DNA of 63,633 nucleotides, filler included, from Chiloscyllium plagiosum (lineage: Eukaryota), in assembly GCF_004010195.1 (NCBI RefSeq). It is 4 parts of one record of this genome, joined end to end, with 100 filler letters (N's around TTAATTAATTAA, not from the genome) between each part and the next. Parts side by side here need not be neighbours in the genome. Positions count along the whole stretch, not along the records: positions 1 to 31,964 come from NC_057715.1; 3 more parts are not named here. One strand, given 5' to 3'. Made by a program: the position numbers and the translations under genes. Each line of letters starts with the position of its first letter. Position 1 is the first letter of the stretch. Of this stretch, positions 10,935 to 22,733 are shown piece after piece. Below the pieces are notes generated by a model that saw only the letters and a program-made list of their open reading frames with translations, had not been told where the DNA came from and made no database searches.

Positions 10935-12870
10935 TAATATACAGATCAGAACTACATAGAGCGCTGTAATACAGAGATCAGAACTACATAGAGAGCTGTA
11001 ATACAGAGATCAGAACGACATAGAGAGCTGTTATACAGAGATCAGAACGACATAGAGAGCTGTTTTCCAGAGATCAGATCTATATAGAGAACTGTAATAG
11101 AGATCAGAACTACATAGAGAGCTGTAATACAGAGATCAGAATGACATAGAGAGCTATAATGCAGAGATCAGAAATACATAGAGAGCTGTTATACAGAGAT
11201 CAGAACTACATCGAGCACTAGAATACAGAGATCAGAACAACACAGAGAGCTGTAATGCAGAGATCAGAACTACATAGGGAGCTGTAACAGAGATCAGAAC
11301 TACATAGAGATCTGGAATTCAGAGATCAGAACTACACAGAGATCTGGAATACAGAGATCAGAACTACGTAGAGAGCTCAAAGTCTGTGAGAAGATTTGTA
11401 GCTTGGGTGCTCGTTGTTGTGGTTCTGGTCGCCGAGCTGGAAATTTGTGTTGCAGACGTTTTGTCCCCTGTCTAGGTGACATCCTCAGTGCTTGGGAGCC
11501 TCCTGTGAAGCGCTTCTGTGATCTTTCCTCCGGCATTTATAGTGGTTTGAATCTGCCGCTACCGGTTGTCAGTTCCAGCTGTCCGCTGCAGTGGTCGGTA
11601 TATTGGGTCCAGGTCGATGTGCTTATTGATTGAATCTGTGGATGAGTGGCATGCCTCTAGGAATTCCCTGGCTGTTCTATGTTTGGCTTGTCCTATAATA
11701 GTAGTGTTGTCCCAGTCGAATTCATGTTGCTTGTCATCTGCGTGTGTGGCTCCTAAGGATAGCTGGTCGTGTCGTTTCGTGGCTAGTTGGTGTTCATGGA
11801 TGCGGATCGTTAGCTATCTTCCTGTTTGCCCTATGCAGAGAGCTGTATTACAGAGATCAGAACTACATAGAGAGCTGGAATACAGAGATCAAAACTACAT
11901 AGAGAGCTGTAATATTGGGATCAAAACTACAGAGAGATCTGTAATACAGAGATCAGAACTACATAGAGAGCTTTAATACAGAGATCAGAACTACACAGAG
12001 AGCTGTAATATAGTGATCAGAAATACATAGAGAGCTGTAATAGAGATCAGAACGACATAGAGATCTATAATATAGAGGTCAGAATGACATAGAGAGCTGT
12101 AATACAGAGATCAGAACTACATAGAGAGCTGTAATGCAGAGATCAGAACTACATAGAGCACTGTAATACAGAGATCTGTAATATAGAGATCAGAAATACA
12201 CAGAGAGCTGTAATATAGATCAGAACTATATAGAGATCTGTAATATAGAGGTCAGAAATGCATAGAGAGCTGTAATAGAGATCAGAACTACATAGAGATC
12301 TGTATTATAGAGATCAGAAATACATAGAGAGCTGTAATACAGAGATCAGAACTACATAGAGATCTGCAATATGGAGATCAGAACTACACAGAGATCTGTA
12401 ATATAGAGATCAGAAATACATAGAGAGCTGTTATACAGAGATCAGAACTACATTGAGCACTGGATTACAGAGATCAGAAATACACAGAGAGCTGTAATAC
12501 AGCGATCAGAACTACATAGAGAGCTGTAATACTGCAATCAGAACTACATAGAGCACTGTAATACAGAGATCAGAACTACATAGAGAGCTATAATACAGAG
12601 ATCAGAACTACATGGACAGCTGTAATGCAGAGATCAGAACTACATAGAGAGCTGTAATATAGAGAGCAGAACTTTATAGAAAGTTATAATACAGAGATCA
12701 GAATTACATAGAGATCTGTAAATTAGGGATCAGAACTTTATAGAGTTATAATACAGAGATCAGAACTACAGAGAGATGTAATATAGACATCATAACTATA
12801 TAGAGAGCAATAATATAGAGATCAGAACTACATAGAGAGCTGCAGTACAGAAATCAGAACTTTATACATA
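10935..12870. repeat. 32-bp satellite TACAGAGATCAGAACTACATAGAGAGCTGTAA, interrupted by a PLE; remnant at 13660-13755
   Basis: Dozens of tandem units at 10935-11377 and 11836-12870. Confidence 0.95.
11378..11835 (-). mobile_element. Penelope/Poseidon-type PLE 3' fragment (GIY-YIG end and terminal repeat)
   Basis: Minus strand encodes GQTGR*LTIRIHEHQLATKRHD...FDWDN...AREFLEACHS. Degenerate hammerhead at 11455-11488. Confidence 0.9.
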
Positions 12871-12874
12871 ACAT

Positions 12875-13570
12875 TTAATCTAATGTTTTTCAAAATTTCC
12901 AGCACATTCTCTGACTTAACATCGACCTGTTCAAGCATAACATCCTGTTTCGCATTGTCCTCACAAACGACAGTGTCCCTCTCAGTAGTGAATACTGAAG
13001 CAAAGTATTCATTAAGGGCCTCCCCTACCTCCTCCGACTCCAGGCGTAATTTCCCTCCACTATCCCTGGTCAGCCCTATCCTCATTCAGGCCACCCACTT
13101 GTTCCTCACATAAGTGTAGAATACCTTGGGGTTTTTCTTAATCCTGCCCAAGAAGGCTTTTTCATGCTCTCTTCTAGCTCTCCAAAGTCCATTCTTCAGT
13201 TCCTTCCTGGCTACCTTGTAGCCCTCTAGACTCCTGTCTGATCCTAGCTTCCTCAAACTTAAGTAAACTTCCTTCTTCATCTTGATTAAATGTTCCATAT
13301 CTCTTGTCATCTCAGATTCCTTCACCTTACCATCCCTTCCTTGCTTCAGTGGGATAAACTTATCCAGGACTCCCAACACATGCTCCTTAAACAACCTCTA
13401 CATTTCTGTTGTGCATTTTCCTGAGAATATCTGTTCCCAATTTATGGTTCAATTTATAGTTCCTGCCTAATAGCATTGTAACCCCCCCCCCATTCCTCCA
13501 ATTAAATACTTTCCCATGTCATCTGCTCCTATTCCTCTGCATGACTATAGTAAAGGTGAAGGAATTGTGT
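12875..13570 (-). mobile_element. CR1 ORF2 internal fragment (endonuclease-RT linker)
   Basis: IKKNPKVFYTYVR and EALNEYFASVFT motifs. Confidence 0.9.
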
Positions 13571-14631
13571 TCAGAACTATTTTTACACACCGCTGAAGCA
13601 GATGGGACTTGAACCCAAGCCTCCCAGTTCAGGGGTAAGGACACTGTCACTGCACCCTTAATATAGAGATCAGAACTATATAATAGGCTTGTAATACAGA
13701 GATCACAACTACGTAAGTGAGTTATAATAGAGATCAGTATTCTGTGCAATAATATATAAAATGAAGGATTATTGGAATTCCAGTGAGTCAGACAGTGATT
13801 ATTTGTAGGTAACACTGAATCAGGGTTGAGGCTGACACAGAGTATGGTCAGTCCAGTGTGGCAGGGCTGCCTGAGTAGTACAGGATGAAAACCCAAGACC
13901 AGTCCTTATGGTTGGCATAAACCATGGAAAGAGAACAGCACGGCGTTGTATCCATGGTGTTAGGGAAACCCATGGCAACAGATCAAATGCGTTCCAGCAT
14001 AGAAAGAGGCCAATCCACCCAATAGACCAGCAATGGTGATTTTTCTTCACATGAGCTACCTCATCTAACCCGTGCTCATTCACCTTGCATTACAAATTTT
14101 TTTCTTTCAAACACTTTATTTGAGGAATCATGCAGCCTTTACTCAACAGTGATTTAAGATGAAGAATCCCTGTATCCAATTGTCCCCTGTGTGACATTGA
14201 GGAGAAACAGCTATCAGCGGAAGAGTGGATAACCAGGGGACATTGATTGAAGGTGATTTGTATAATAATAAAAGTTAGATATTTAGTGTATTCTCTTCTC
14301 TTCTTCATACAACTGCAGGTCAAGCTTCAAGGTTTCTTTTACAGAATATTTATGTACATAAAACTAGAGAGTATGCATTTAAGGTGAGGGGGTAAAGTTC
14401 AAAGGAGATGTGAGGGGCAAGTGTTTTACACAGAGACTCTGGAGTCTGGAATACACTGCCAGGATTCATGGTAGAGGCAAATACGATTGGGGCGTTTAAG
14501 GGACTTTTGAATAAGCACATGAGTATGCAAGGAATGGAGGGAAATGGACCAAGGGCAGACAGAAGGAATAAGTTTAACTTGACATCATATTCAGCATAAC
14601 ATCATGGGCCGAAGGGCCTGTTTCCTTGCTG

Positions 14632-14845
14632 GGAGAATGTGAGGTCTGCAGATGCTGGAGATCAGAGTCGACAGTGTAGTGCTGAAAAAGCACATTAGGT
14701 CAGGCAGCATCCGAGGAGTAGGAGAATCGACGTTTCAGGCATAAGTTCTTCATCCTAATGAAGGGCTTATGCCCAAAACGTCGATTCTCCTGCTTCTCAG
14801 GTGCTGCCTGACCTACTGTGCTTTTCCAGCAACACACTCTCCACT
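14632..14845. mobile_element. Short PLE family A foldback inserted in a CR1 tail, 14-bp TSD
   Basis: TSD ctgtttccttgctg at 14618-14631 and 14846-14859; host CR1 3' end at ~14360-14631. Confidence 0.88.
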
Positions 14846-16412
14846 CTGTTTCCTTGCTGTATGTAATGATAAGGCTGCAGAGCTCCCTGCTCTGAGCAGC
14901 TCTTGTTCCAACCTCCTAGCAGAGTCCTATAACACATCCACTGAAGTCACAGTTACCTCAGAAACTCAGCTACATATTCATTTCACCATATCTCTCAAGA
15001 AGATGAGATAATGCAAGCTCATTTTTGACCCAGCAAGAGGTTAACACCAGGAATGCACTCTTTGAGTGCAAAGTCATGGCAGCTTCTTCTCTGGCTTTCA
15101 AAGAAGATTTAGGTCATTACTAGAAGAGAAAGTAATTGCAGGGATATGGGGGGAAAGGGGTGGGCAGGGGTTGAATTAAGTGAGACATACTTGCAGAGAG
15201 CTACCATGGATACAGCAGGCTGAATGGCCAATCCTACAGTGACCATTGAAATACTGAGAGTCCAGGGGCGTGGTTCCTTATTGGTCCCAGTGTGTTGTCG
15301 ATGGGACAATGTGATGAAAGCGATAGAACTGTGACCTATTAGAGTTGGCAACACACCTCTGAGTGCCAAAGAGAACCCAGTATGAAAACAAATTCATTCC
15401 ATCTTTCTAAAGTGCCAGCTAGTCGAACCAGCCACTCGAATAAAACTAACAATATTCCTTATTTAATCTGCAACAAAAATAATACAATTAACCATAATCT
15501 CCAATGGAAAGAACAACTCATGGCCTAGCTAAATTCTGCCCCTGGACTCACAGAGTACTTATAAAATTGTTCCAAAATACCATCTTAATAACCTTGGTCT
15601 CTATTTTCCTGAAGTCATCTTGACTTTACCCAAGTAACTAAGACTCAGAAAGGCATTCTGGTCAAGGGCATTTTGTTTTCAAATCTAATTCAGTAAAAGC
15701 AAGCCTTTGTTAATGAATTATCCAAGGAAATGTGACTGTTTCACAATCCTCTCTCCAAATTATTGATCGATGGCAGTAAGCGTAAACAGCCGCTGAAGTC
15801 AATTATATTTGTTTCTCAGCTCAGGAGAATGAATTAAGGGAAAGCACACTGCTTGTTAACGCCAACAGGGCTCTCTAGTCACGTGCCTCTAATTTTAATT
15901 TCTGTCCTCAGCCAGAGAGATGCTGATCATTTAACCATGAGGCTGCCATGACCACCAAAAGCAATAACAATAGGCACATCAGAACATTGGACTCAAGAGC
16001 GGGAGTAGGCCTTCCATCCTTCAAGAGGCTACTTTTTTCAAGTCTGATTCACTTTAACTTACGTGTATATTAAAATCATCCATGTTTATTGCAGTATCGT
16101 TCGTAAATATTTCATTCCGTTCTTCCTGTATGCTTTGTTCCACTACAATTAGGAGACCTAAAAACTCCATCCTAACTATGGCTAGCGATTCTATTATCTC
16201 CCCAAAATTATTTTGGGAGTAGCCATTGTCCAGGTTCCTCAGCCCGGGACTCACCTATTCCGTTTGTTTCTTTTACTTTTCTTGTTCTTCTCCTTCACTC
16301 TTTTTGAAGTTTTTTTTTAACTTTACTTCTTATTTTTCTAAGATTAAGGTTTAAATAACTGCAAAGTAGTGGAACCTTTTATCTTTTATTTTTCTATTTT
16401 GTTACTAAGATT

Positions 16413-16835
16413 CAGAGTCATTGAGTCATAGAGCTGTACAGCGCGGAAACAGACCCTTCAGTCCAACTCGCCCATGCCTACTAGATATCTTAAATTAATC
16501 CATCTCCATTTGCCAGCACTTGGCCCATATCCCTCTAAGTCCTTCCTATTCATATACCCATCCAGATGCCTTTTAAATGTTGTAATTGGACCAGCCTCCA
16601 CCACTTCCTCTGGCAGCTCACTACATACATGCTCCATCTGCTGTGTGAAAAGGTTTCCCCTTTGGTCCCTTTTAAATTTTTCCTGCCTCACCTTAAATGT
16701 ATGCTCTCTAGTTCTGGACTCACCCAGCCCAGGGAAAAAGGCCTTTTCTATTTACCCTATCCAAGCCCCTCATGACCTTAAAAACCATGATAAGGTCACC
16801 CCTCAGCCTCTGATGTTCCAGGGAAAACAGTCCCT
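16413..16835 (-). mobile_element. CR1 LINE 3' fragment
   Basis: ELPEEVVEAG...FKRHLDGYM on minus; standard tail. Confidence 0.9.
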
Positions 16836-16964
16836 CGGTACTTTGTACCTAAAATGGCACCATGTGGGGGTGACATTGTAACCTTTTCACTGTATTCTTG
16901 TATTCCTGTACTTGAGTACACACGATAATAAACCTATTCTATTTCCTATCACTGCCCAAACTGG

Positions 16965-17300
16965 GGGGCGGAAGGTTATGGGCTAGTGACATTATTGCTA
17001 GGCAATTAATCCAGAAGCTCAGGTAATGTTCTGAGTTTAAATTCTACTGTGGCAATGAAGTTCAACTTTTTTCATAAAAATTAAGAAATGATAATGAAAC
17101 TAGTGTCAATTGACAGGAAAAAAAATCATCTGGTTCTGTAATGTTCATTAGGGAAGGAAATCTGTCATTTTTACCTGATCTGGCCTTTCATGTGACTCCA
17201 GATCTGCAGCAATGTGGTCAACTCTTAATTGGACTATTAGGGATGGGCAATAAATGTTGGCCAAGACAGTGACACCCCCATCCCATGAATGAGTATAAAA
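16965..17300 (+). mobile_element. tRNA-derived SINE (family B) with a tail shared with a CR1/L2-group LINE
   Basis: Core gggaaggaaa..ctg..at..ttacctg.tctggcct...atgtgactccaga...cagcaatgtgg and tail gggatgggcaataaatg...tcccatgaatga. Homologues at 40960-41200, 42455-43100(-), 47310-47655, 49580-50395(-), 62085-62340(-). Confidence 0.75.
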
Positions 17301-17360
17301 GAGGTTGATTCTACATTTAAATATTTTGAGTTAAGATCATCTCTCACTGCATTACTAATG

Positions 17361-17561
17361 ATTTGGAGATGCTGGTGTTGGACTGGGGTGTACAAAGTTA
17401 AAAATCACACAACACCAGGTTATAGTCCAACAGGTTTAATTGGAGGCACTAGCTTTTGGAGCGCCGCTCCTCCACCTGATGAAGGAGCGTTGCTCCGAAA
17501 GCTAGTGTGCTTCCAATTAAACCTGTTGGACTATAACCTGGTGTTGTGTGATTTTTAACTT
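17361..17561. mobile_element. PLE family B ~200-bp palindromic insertion, 13-bp TSD
   Basis: TSD tgcattactaatg at 17348-17360 and 17562-17574; arms aaaaatcacacaacaccaggttatagtccaacagg and its reverse complement. Confidence 0.88.
17476..17504 (+). ncRNA. Minimal type I hammerhead ribozyme motif (PLE family B)
   Basis: cac-CTGATGA-A-GGAGC(GTT)GCTCC-GAAA-GC-TA-gtg; stem I cac/gtg. Confidence 0.8.
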
Positions 17562-18305
17562 TGCATTACTAATGTTATCCTTGTGGATGTAGGTTTGCTC
17601 GCGGAGCTGGAAGGTTTGTTTCCAGACGTTTCATCACCACACTAGGTAACATCATCACTGAGCCTCCGGATGAAGCACTGGTGGTATGGCCCACTTTCCA
17701 TTTATGTGTTTAGCTTTCCTTGGATTGGTGATGCCATTTCCTGTGGTGACATCATTTTCTGTGGTGATGTCATTTCCTGGGTGTTCTTTGTCTCAGGGAG
17801 TGGTAAATGGGATCCAAGTCAATGTGTTTGTTGATAGGGTTCTGGTTGGAATGCCATGCTTCTAGGAATTCTCATGCGTGTCTCTGTTTGGCTTGTCCTA
17901 GGATGGATGTGTTGTCCCAATCGAAGTGGTGCCCTTCCTCCTCTATATGTAAGGATACTAGTGAGAGTGGGTCATGTCTTTTTGTGGCTAGTTGATGTTC
18001 ATGTATCCTGGTGACTAGTTTTCTGCCTGTTTGTCCAATGTAGTGTCTGTTACAGTTCTTGCAAGGTATTTTGTAAATGACATTAGTTTTGCTTGTTGGC
18101 TGTATTGGTTCTTTCAAGTTCATTAGCTGCTGTTTTAGTGTGTCGGTGGGTTTGTGGGCTACCATGATGCCAAGGGGTCTGAGTAGTCTGGCAGTCATTT
18201 CCAAGATGTCTTTGATGGAAGGGAGAATGGCTAAGGTTTCTGGAAGTGTTTTGTCTGCTTGTTTGGGTTTGTTGTGGAGAAACCGATGGACTGTGTTCAT
18301 TGGGT

Positions 18306-19022
18306 TGAAAAATGTGGTGCTGGAAAAACACAGCAGGCCAGGCAGCATCCGAGGAGCAGGAGAATGNNNNNNNNNNNNNNNNNNNNNNNNNNNNNNNNNN
18401 NNNNNNNNNNNNNNNNNNNNNNNNNNNNGGAGAGGTCGGGAAGAAGATTGCAGGTCAAGCGGGTGGTGCTGAATCTGAGGGTTGGGACTGAGATAAGTTG
18501 GGGGGAGGGGAAATGAGGAAGCTGGAGAAATTTACATTCATCCTGTGTGGTTGGAGAATTCCTAGGCGGAAGATGAGGCGCTCTTCCTCCAGGAGTCGTG
18601 TGGCCATGGTCTGGCGATGGAGGAGGCCAAGGACCTGCATGTCAATGGCGGAGTGGGAGGGGGAGTTAAAGTGATCAGCCACGGGGCGGTTGGGTTGGGT
18701 TGGTTGGTGCGGGTGCGGATTCAGCACCGCCCTCTTGACCTGCAATCTTCTTCCCGACCTCTCCGCCCCCACCTCCTCTCTGGTCTATCACCCTCACCCT
18801 CACCTCCTTCCACCTATCGTATTCCCAGCGCCCCTCCCCCAAATTTCTCCCCCCCTACCTTTTATCTCAGCCCACTTGGCACACCAGCCTCATTCCTGAA
18901 GAAGGGCTCATGCCCGAAACGTCGATTCTCCTGCTCCTCGGATGCTGCCTGGCCTGCTGTGTTTTTCCAGCACCACGTTTTTCAACTCTGGTACTCTAGC
19001 ATCTGCAGTCCTCACTTTCTCC
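18306..19022. mobile_element. Neptune-type PLE foldback nested in the Poseidon element, 15-bp TSD
   Basis: TSD ctgtgttcattgggt at 18291-18305 and 19023-19037. Minus ORF PVADHFNSPSHS...LEEERLIFRLGILQP. Confidence 0.92.
18896..18923 (+). ncRNA. Minimal type I hammerhead ribozyme motif (family A)
   Basis: CTGAAGA-A-GGGC(TCAT)GCCC-GAAA-CG-TC. Confidence 0.75.
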
Positions 19023-21294
19023 CTGTGTTCATTGGGTAACCGTTCTTTTTGAAAACACAGTACAGGTGATTCTCCTCTGCTCTGTGTAGTTCCTCTGTGC
19101 TGCAGTGTATGTTGTGGCTGGTTGAAATAATGTTCTAATGCAGCTTCGTTTGTGGGTGTTGAGATGATTGCTTCTGTAGTTCAAATATCTGGTCCGTATG
19201 TGTTGTTTTCCTGTAGACATTGGTTTGAAGTTCCCCATTGGCTGTTCACTCTACTGTGACATCTCGGACCCAAACATTGGGTCTGCTACGTAGTTGACAC
19301 CTTTGTCATCATTAAACAAAATTAAGTAGAAGAAACATTCAAGACCATACTTTACTGGTATAAGATTCACTAAAGAGGAGGAAAACAACAACAAACTGCC
19401 ATTCCTAGATGTCGCAGTGGAGCGAACAGCCAATGGGGAACCTCAAACCTGCGTCTGCAGGCAAACAAAACATACTGACCAAATACTGAACTACAGAAGC
19501 AATCATCTCAACATCCACAAATGAAGCTGCATGAGAATATTATTTCAATGAGCCACAACATGCTGCAGCACAGAGGAACTACGCAGAGCAGAGGAAAATC
19601 ACCTATACAGTGTATTCAAAAATAATGGGTACCCAGTGAACAACAGTCCACCGATTTTTCAGCAACAAACCCAAACAAGCAGACAAAACATGTCTAGAAA
19701 CCCTAGCCACTCTCCCCTACATCAAAGACATCTCAGACGTGACTGCCAGACTACTCAGACCCCCTGGCATGATGGTAGCCCAGAAACCCACCAACACACT
19801 AAAACAGCAGCTAAGGAACTTGAAAGACCCTATAAAGACAACAAACAAAATTAATGTCATTTACAAAATATCTTGCAACAACTGTAACAAACACTACATT
19901 GTACAAACAGGCAGAAGACTAGCCACCAGGATACATGAACATCAACTAGCCACAAAAAGACATGACCCTCTCTCACTAGTATCCTCACATACAGATGATG
20001 AAGGACACCACTTCAACTGGGACAATACATCCATCCTCGGACAGGCCAAACAGAGACACGCACGAGAATGCCCAGGAGCGTGGCATTCCAGCCAGAAGTC
20101 TATTAACAAACATTGACTTGGATCCCATTTAACACCCCCTAAGATAAAGAACACTGAGGAAATGACAACGCCACAGGAAATGATGTCACCACAGGAAATG
20201 GCTTCACCAACCCAAGGAAACCTAAAAACATAAATAGAAAGTGGGCCATACCACCAGTGCTTCGTCCGGAGACTCAGTGATGATGTTACCTAGTGTGGTG
20301 ACAAAACGTCTTAAAACAAACCTTCCAGCTCAGTGAGCAAACCTACATCCAGAACCTCAACCTGGGCTACAAATCTTCTCAAAACTCGCTAATGTTATCC
20401 TTAATTAACAGAGCCACTCCATCACCTTTTTGAAGCATCCTATCTTTTTGAAGAATCGACTAACCTTTAATATTTAGATCCAAGCCATTATCACACTGCA
20501 AATGTGCCTCTGTAATATATCAGGCCCTACACATTTTTTGCTATATGTGTTAGTAATTCATCCAGTTTGTTATGACTGCTGGACAGATTTAGATACAGAG
20601 CCTTTCATTGAATGCCTTTAAATCTTTTGCAGTCTCTGGCCTTATCTGCTGCTGAATATGAATTTGCATGTTCTGTCCTTTCCCAGCACACACTGTTTGC
20701 CTTCACACAAGTCTCTACCCTCTTCTTTAACCTCACTGCTCCCCTTTGGCTTTGCTCATCTGCTCTCGTATGATCTTCTCCCTCAATGTTTATTTTAAAG
20801 TGAGAATGCTAAATGTATAGGGACGTGGGCTTCAATCCTAACATGACAGATGCTGGAATATAAATTCAATGAATAAATCTGGAATCAAACAATAAATGAT
20901 TAAGAATTGAAAGCTATCATTTATTGTGAGAGGAATTAAATGTAAAAGAAAGGATGTCACGCTTCAGTTATACAGATTGGTAGCATCGTGGCTAGTATCC
21001 CTGCCTGTCACATGAGGTACAATTCCTGATGGGGAGGAATTTGACTCTGTATGGATGGGTATATGACTAGGGAGGGTTTAAAGGGATATAGGCCAAATGC
21101 TGGGACGAGATCAATTTAGGACGTCTAGTCAACATGGACAAGTCGGACCAAAGGGTCTGTTTCCGTGCTGTACATCTCAATGACCCTCTGACTGGTGAGA
21201 GTATAGTTTGATTACTGTGTACTAATGAGGCCTCCTTTTGGTTAAGAATGAGAAAGAAGCAATTCAAAAATATTTGCTCGATTGATACCGAGAA

Positions 21295-21620
21295 TCATAC
21301 AATCACTATTGTGTAGAAACAAGCCCTTCAGCCCAACAAGTTCATACCGACCCTCTGAAGAGTAACCCATCCAGACCCATTCCCCTACCCTACTACCCTA
21401 TATTTACCCCTGATTAATGCAACTAACCTACACATCCCTGAACACTATGAGGCAATTCAGCATGGCCAATCGATCCTAACCTGCATGCCTTTGGACTGTG
21501 GAAGGAAACCGGAACATACCCACGTAGACACAGGGAGAATGTGCAAACTCCACATAGACAGTTCCCCGAGGCTAGAATCAAATCCCGGGTCCCGAGAGGC
21601 ACCAGTGCTAACCACTGAAT
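21295..21620 (-). mobile_element. HE1-type V-SINE
   Basis: Reverse complement of the tRNA head (cagtgctaaccactga), V-domain and CR1-like tail. Confidence 0.85.
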
Positions 21621-21972
21621 GACCTACTCTGTTCCTAACTTACATGTTGCTGTGTGTTTACATTTCGGCAACAATGGAGGCCTACTTCTTGTCCACAAGA
21701 TGGGTCAAAAAGATCAACGTCTCGTGCCCGAAACATCAATTTTCCTGCTCCTCGGATGCTGCCTGACCTGCTGTGCTTTTCCAGCAGCACTCTGATCTTG
21801 ACTCTGATCTCCAGCATCTGCAGTCTTCACTTTTGCCAAAAAAAACAAGTGTCAGTGGAGAAATTTGTAAAATCTGTAAAATCCTCTCTACCATCCTAGC
21901 TATACAACTCGCCAGAACATCGATGCAAATGTGATTCCAATGTAGTTTTAGCTCCTACCTTCTGCAGTACTC

Positions 21973-22252
21973 GGAGGTTTAGGGTGAGAGGGGAAAGATA
22001 TAAAAGGAACCTTAGGGGCAACTTTTTCACACAGAGGGTGGTGTGTTTGCAGAATGAGATGCCAGAGGAAGTGCTGGAGGCTGGTACAATTACAGTATTT
22101 AAAAGGCAATTGGATGGGTATATGAATAAGAAGTGTTCAGAGGAATATAGGCCAAGTGTTGGCAAATGGGACTAGATTAGATTAGGATATCTGGTCAGCA
22201 TGGACAAATTGGGCTGAAGGGTCTGTTTCCGTGCCGGACATCTCTGTGACTC
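21973..22252 (+). mobile_element. CR1 LINE 3' end
   Basis: RGERYKRNLRGNFFTQRVV...FKRQLDGYM plus tail. Confidence 0.9.
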
Positions 22253-22319
22253 GAAAACTGTACTCATATCTATCTATGTTATTGGTACCAATGTACAGTA
22301 AAGGGTAAAGAAGCTATTG

Positions 22320-22505
22320 TCTTATTAGACTCATTAGGGAGAGAGAGAGAGAGACAACTGATGGCGGTTTAACCTGATCACACCTCAGATGAGTGAGACA
22401 CTGAGAAGGAGAGTTTTTTGATGTAACCTCAGCTGGTGTCAGAAATGAACCCACACTGTTGGTATTACTGTGTATCACAAACCAGCCATCCAAACAAACC
22501 AACTC
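22320..22505 (-). mobile_element. tRNA-derived SINE (third family), degenerate
   Basis: Minus strand shows gttggtttg...gtgggttcatttc (box B-like)...ggttaaaccgccatcagttgtctctctct. Confidence 0.5.
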
Positions 22506-22548
22506 CCACGCATATCACTATAACTGAATACCAATACTGAAAAAGTTA

Positions 22549-22733
22549 AAAATCACACAACACCAGGTTATAGTCCAACAGGTTTAATTGGAAGCAAACT
22601 AGCTTTCGGAGTGATGAAGGCGCGTCGCTCCGAAAGCTAGTGTGCTTCCAATGAAACCTGTTGGACTATAACTTGGTGTTGTGTGATTTTTAACTTTGTA
22701 CACCCCAGTCCAACACCAGCATCTCCAAATCAT
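22549..22733. mobile_element. PLE family B palindromic insertion, ~17-bp TSD
   Basis: caatactgaaaaagtta at 22532-22548 and 22734-22750. Confidence 0.85.

Larger units (their letters stand above)
17583..20388. mobile_element. Penelope/Poseidon-type PLE with long inverted 5' duplication, 14-bp TSD
   Basis: TSD ctaatgttatcctt at 17569-17582 and 20389-20402. Plus arm ~19253-20388 encodes an RT C-terminus (YVVDTFVI, KLPFLDV) and GIY-YIG (NVIYKISCNNCNKHYIVQTGRRLATRIHEH). Minus arm ~17583-19252 is its mirror. Confidence 0.93.

Noticed and set aside
10935..12870. CRISPR-like 32-bp array
   Set aside because: Head-to-tail satellite with no unique spacers.
17872..20116. Functional GIY-YIG nuclease genes
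   Set aside because: Truncated PLE remnants with stops, frameshifts and nested insertions; the RT is incomplete.
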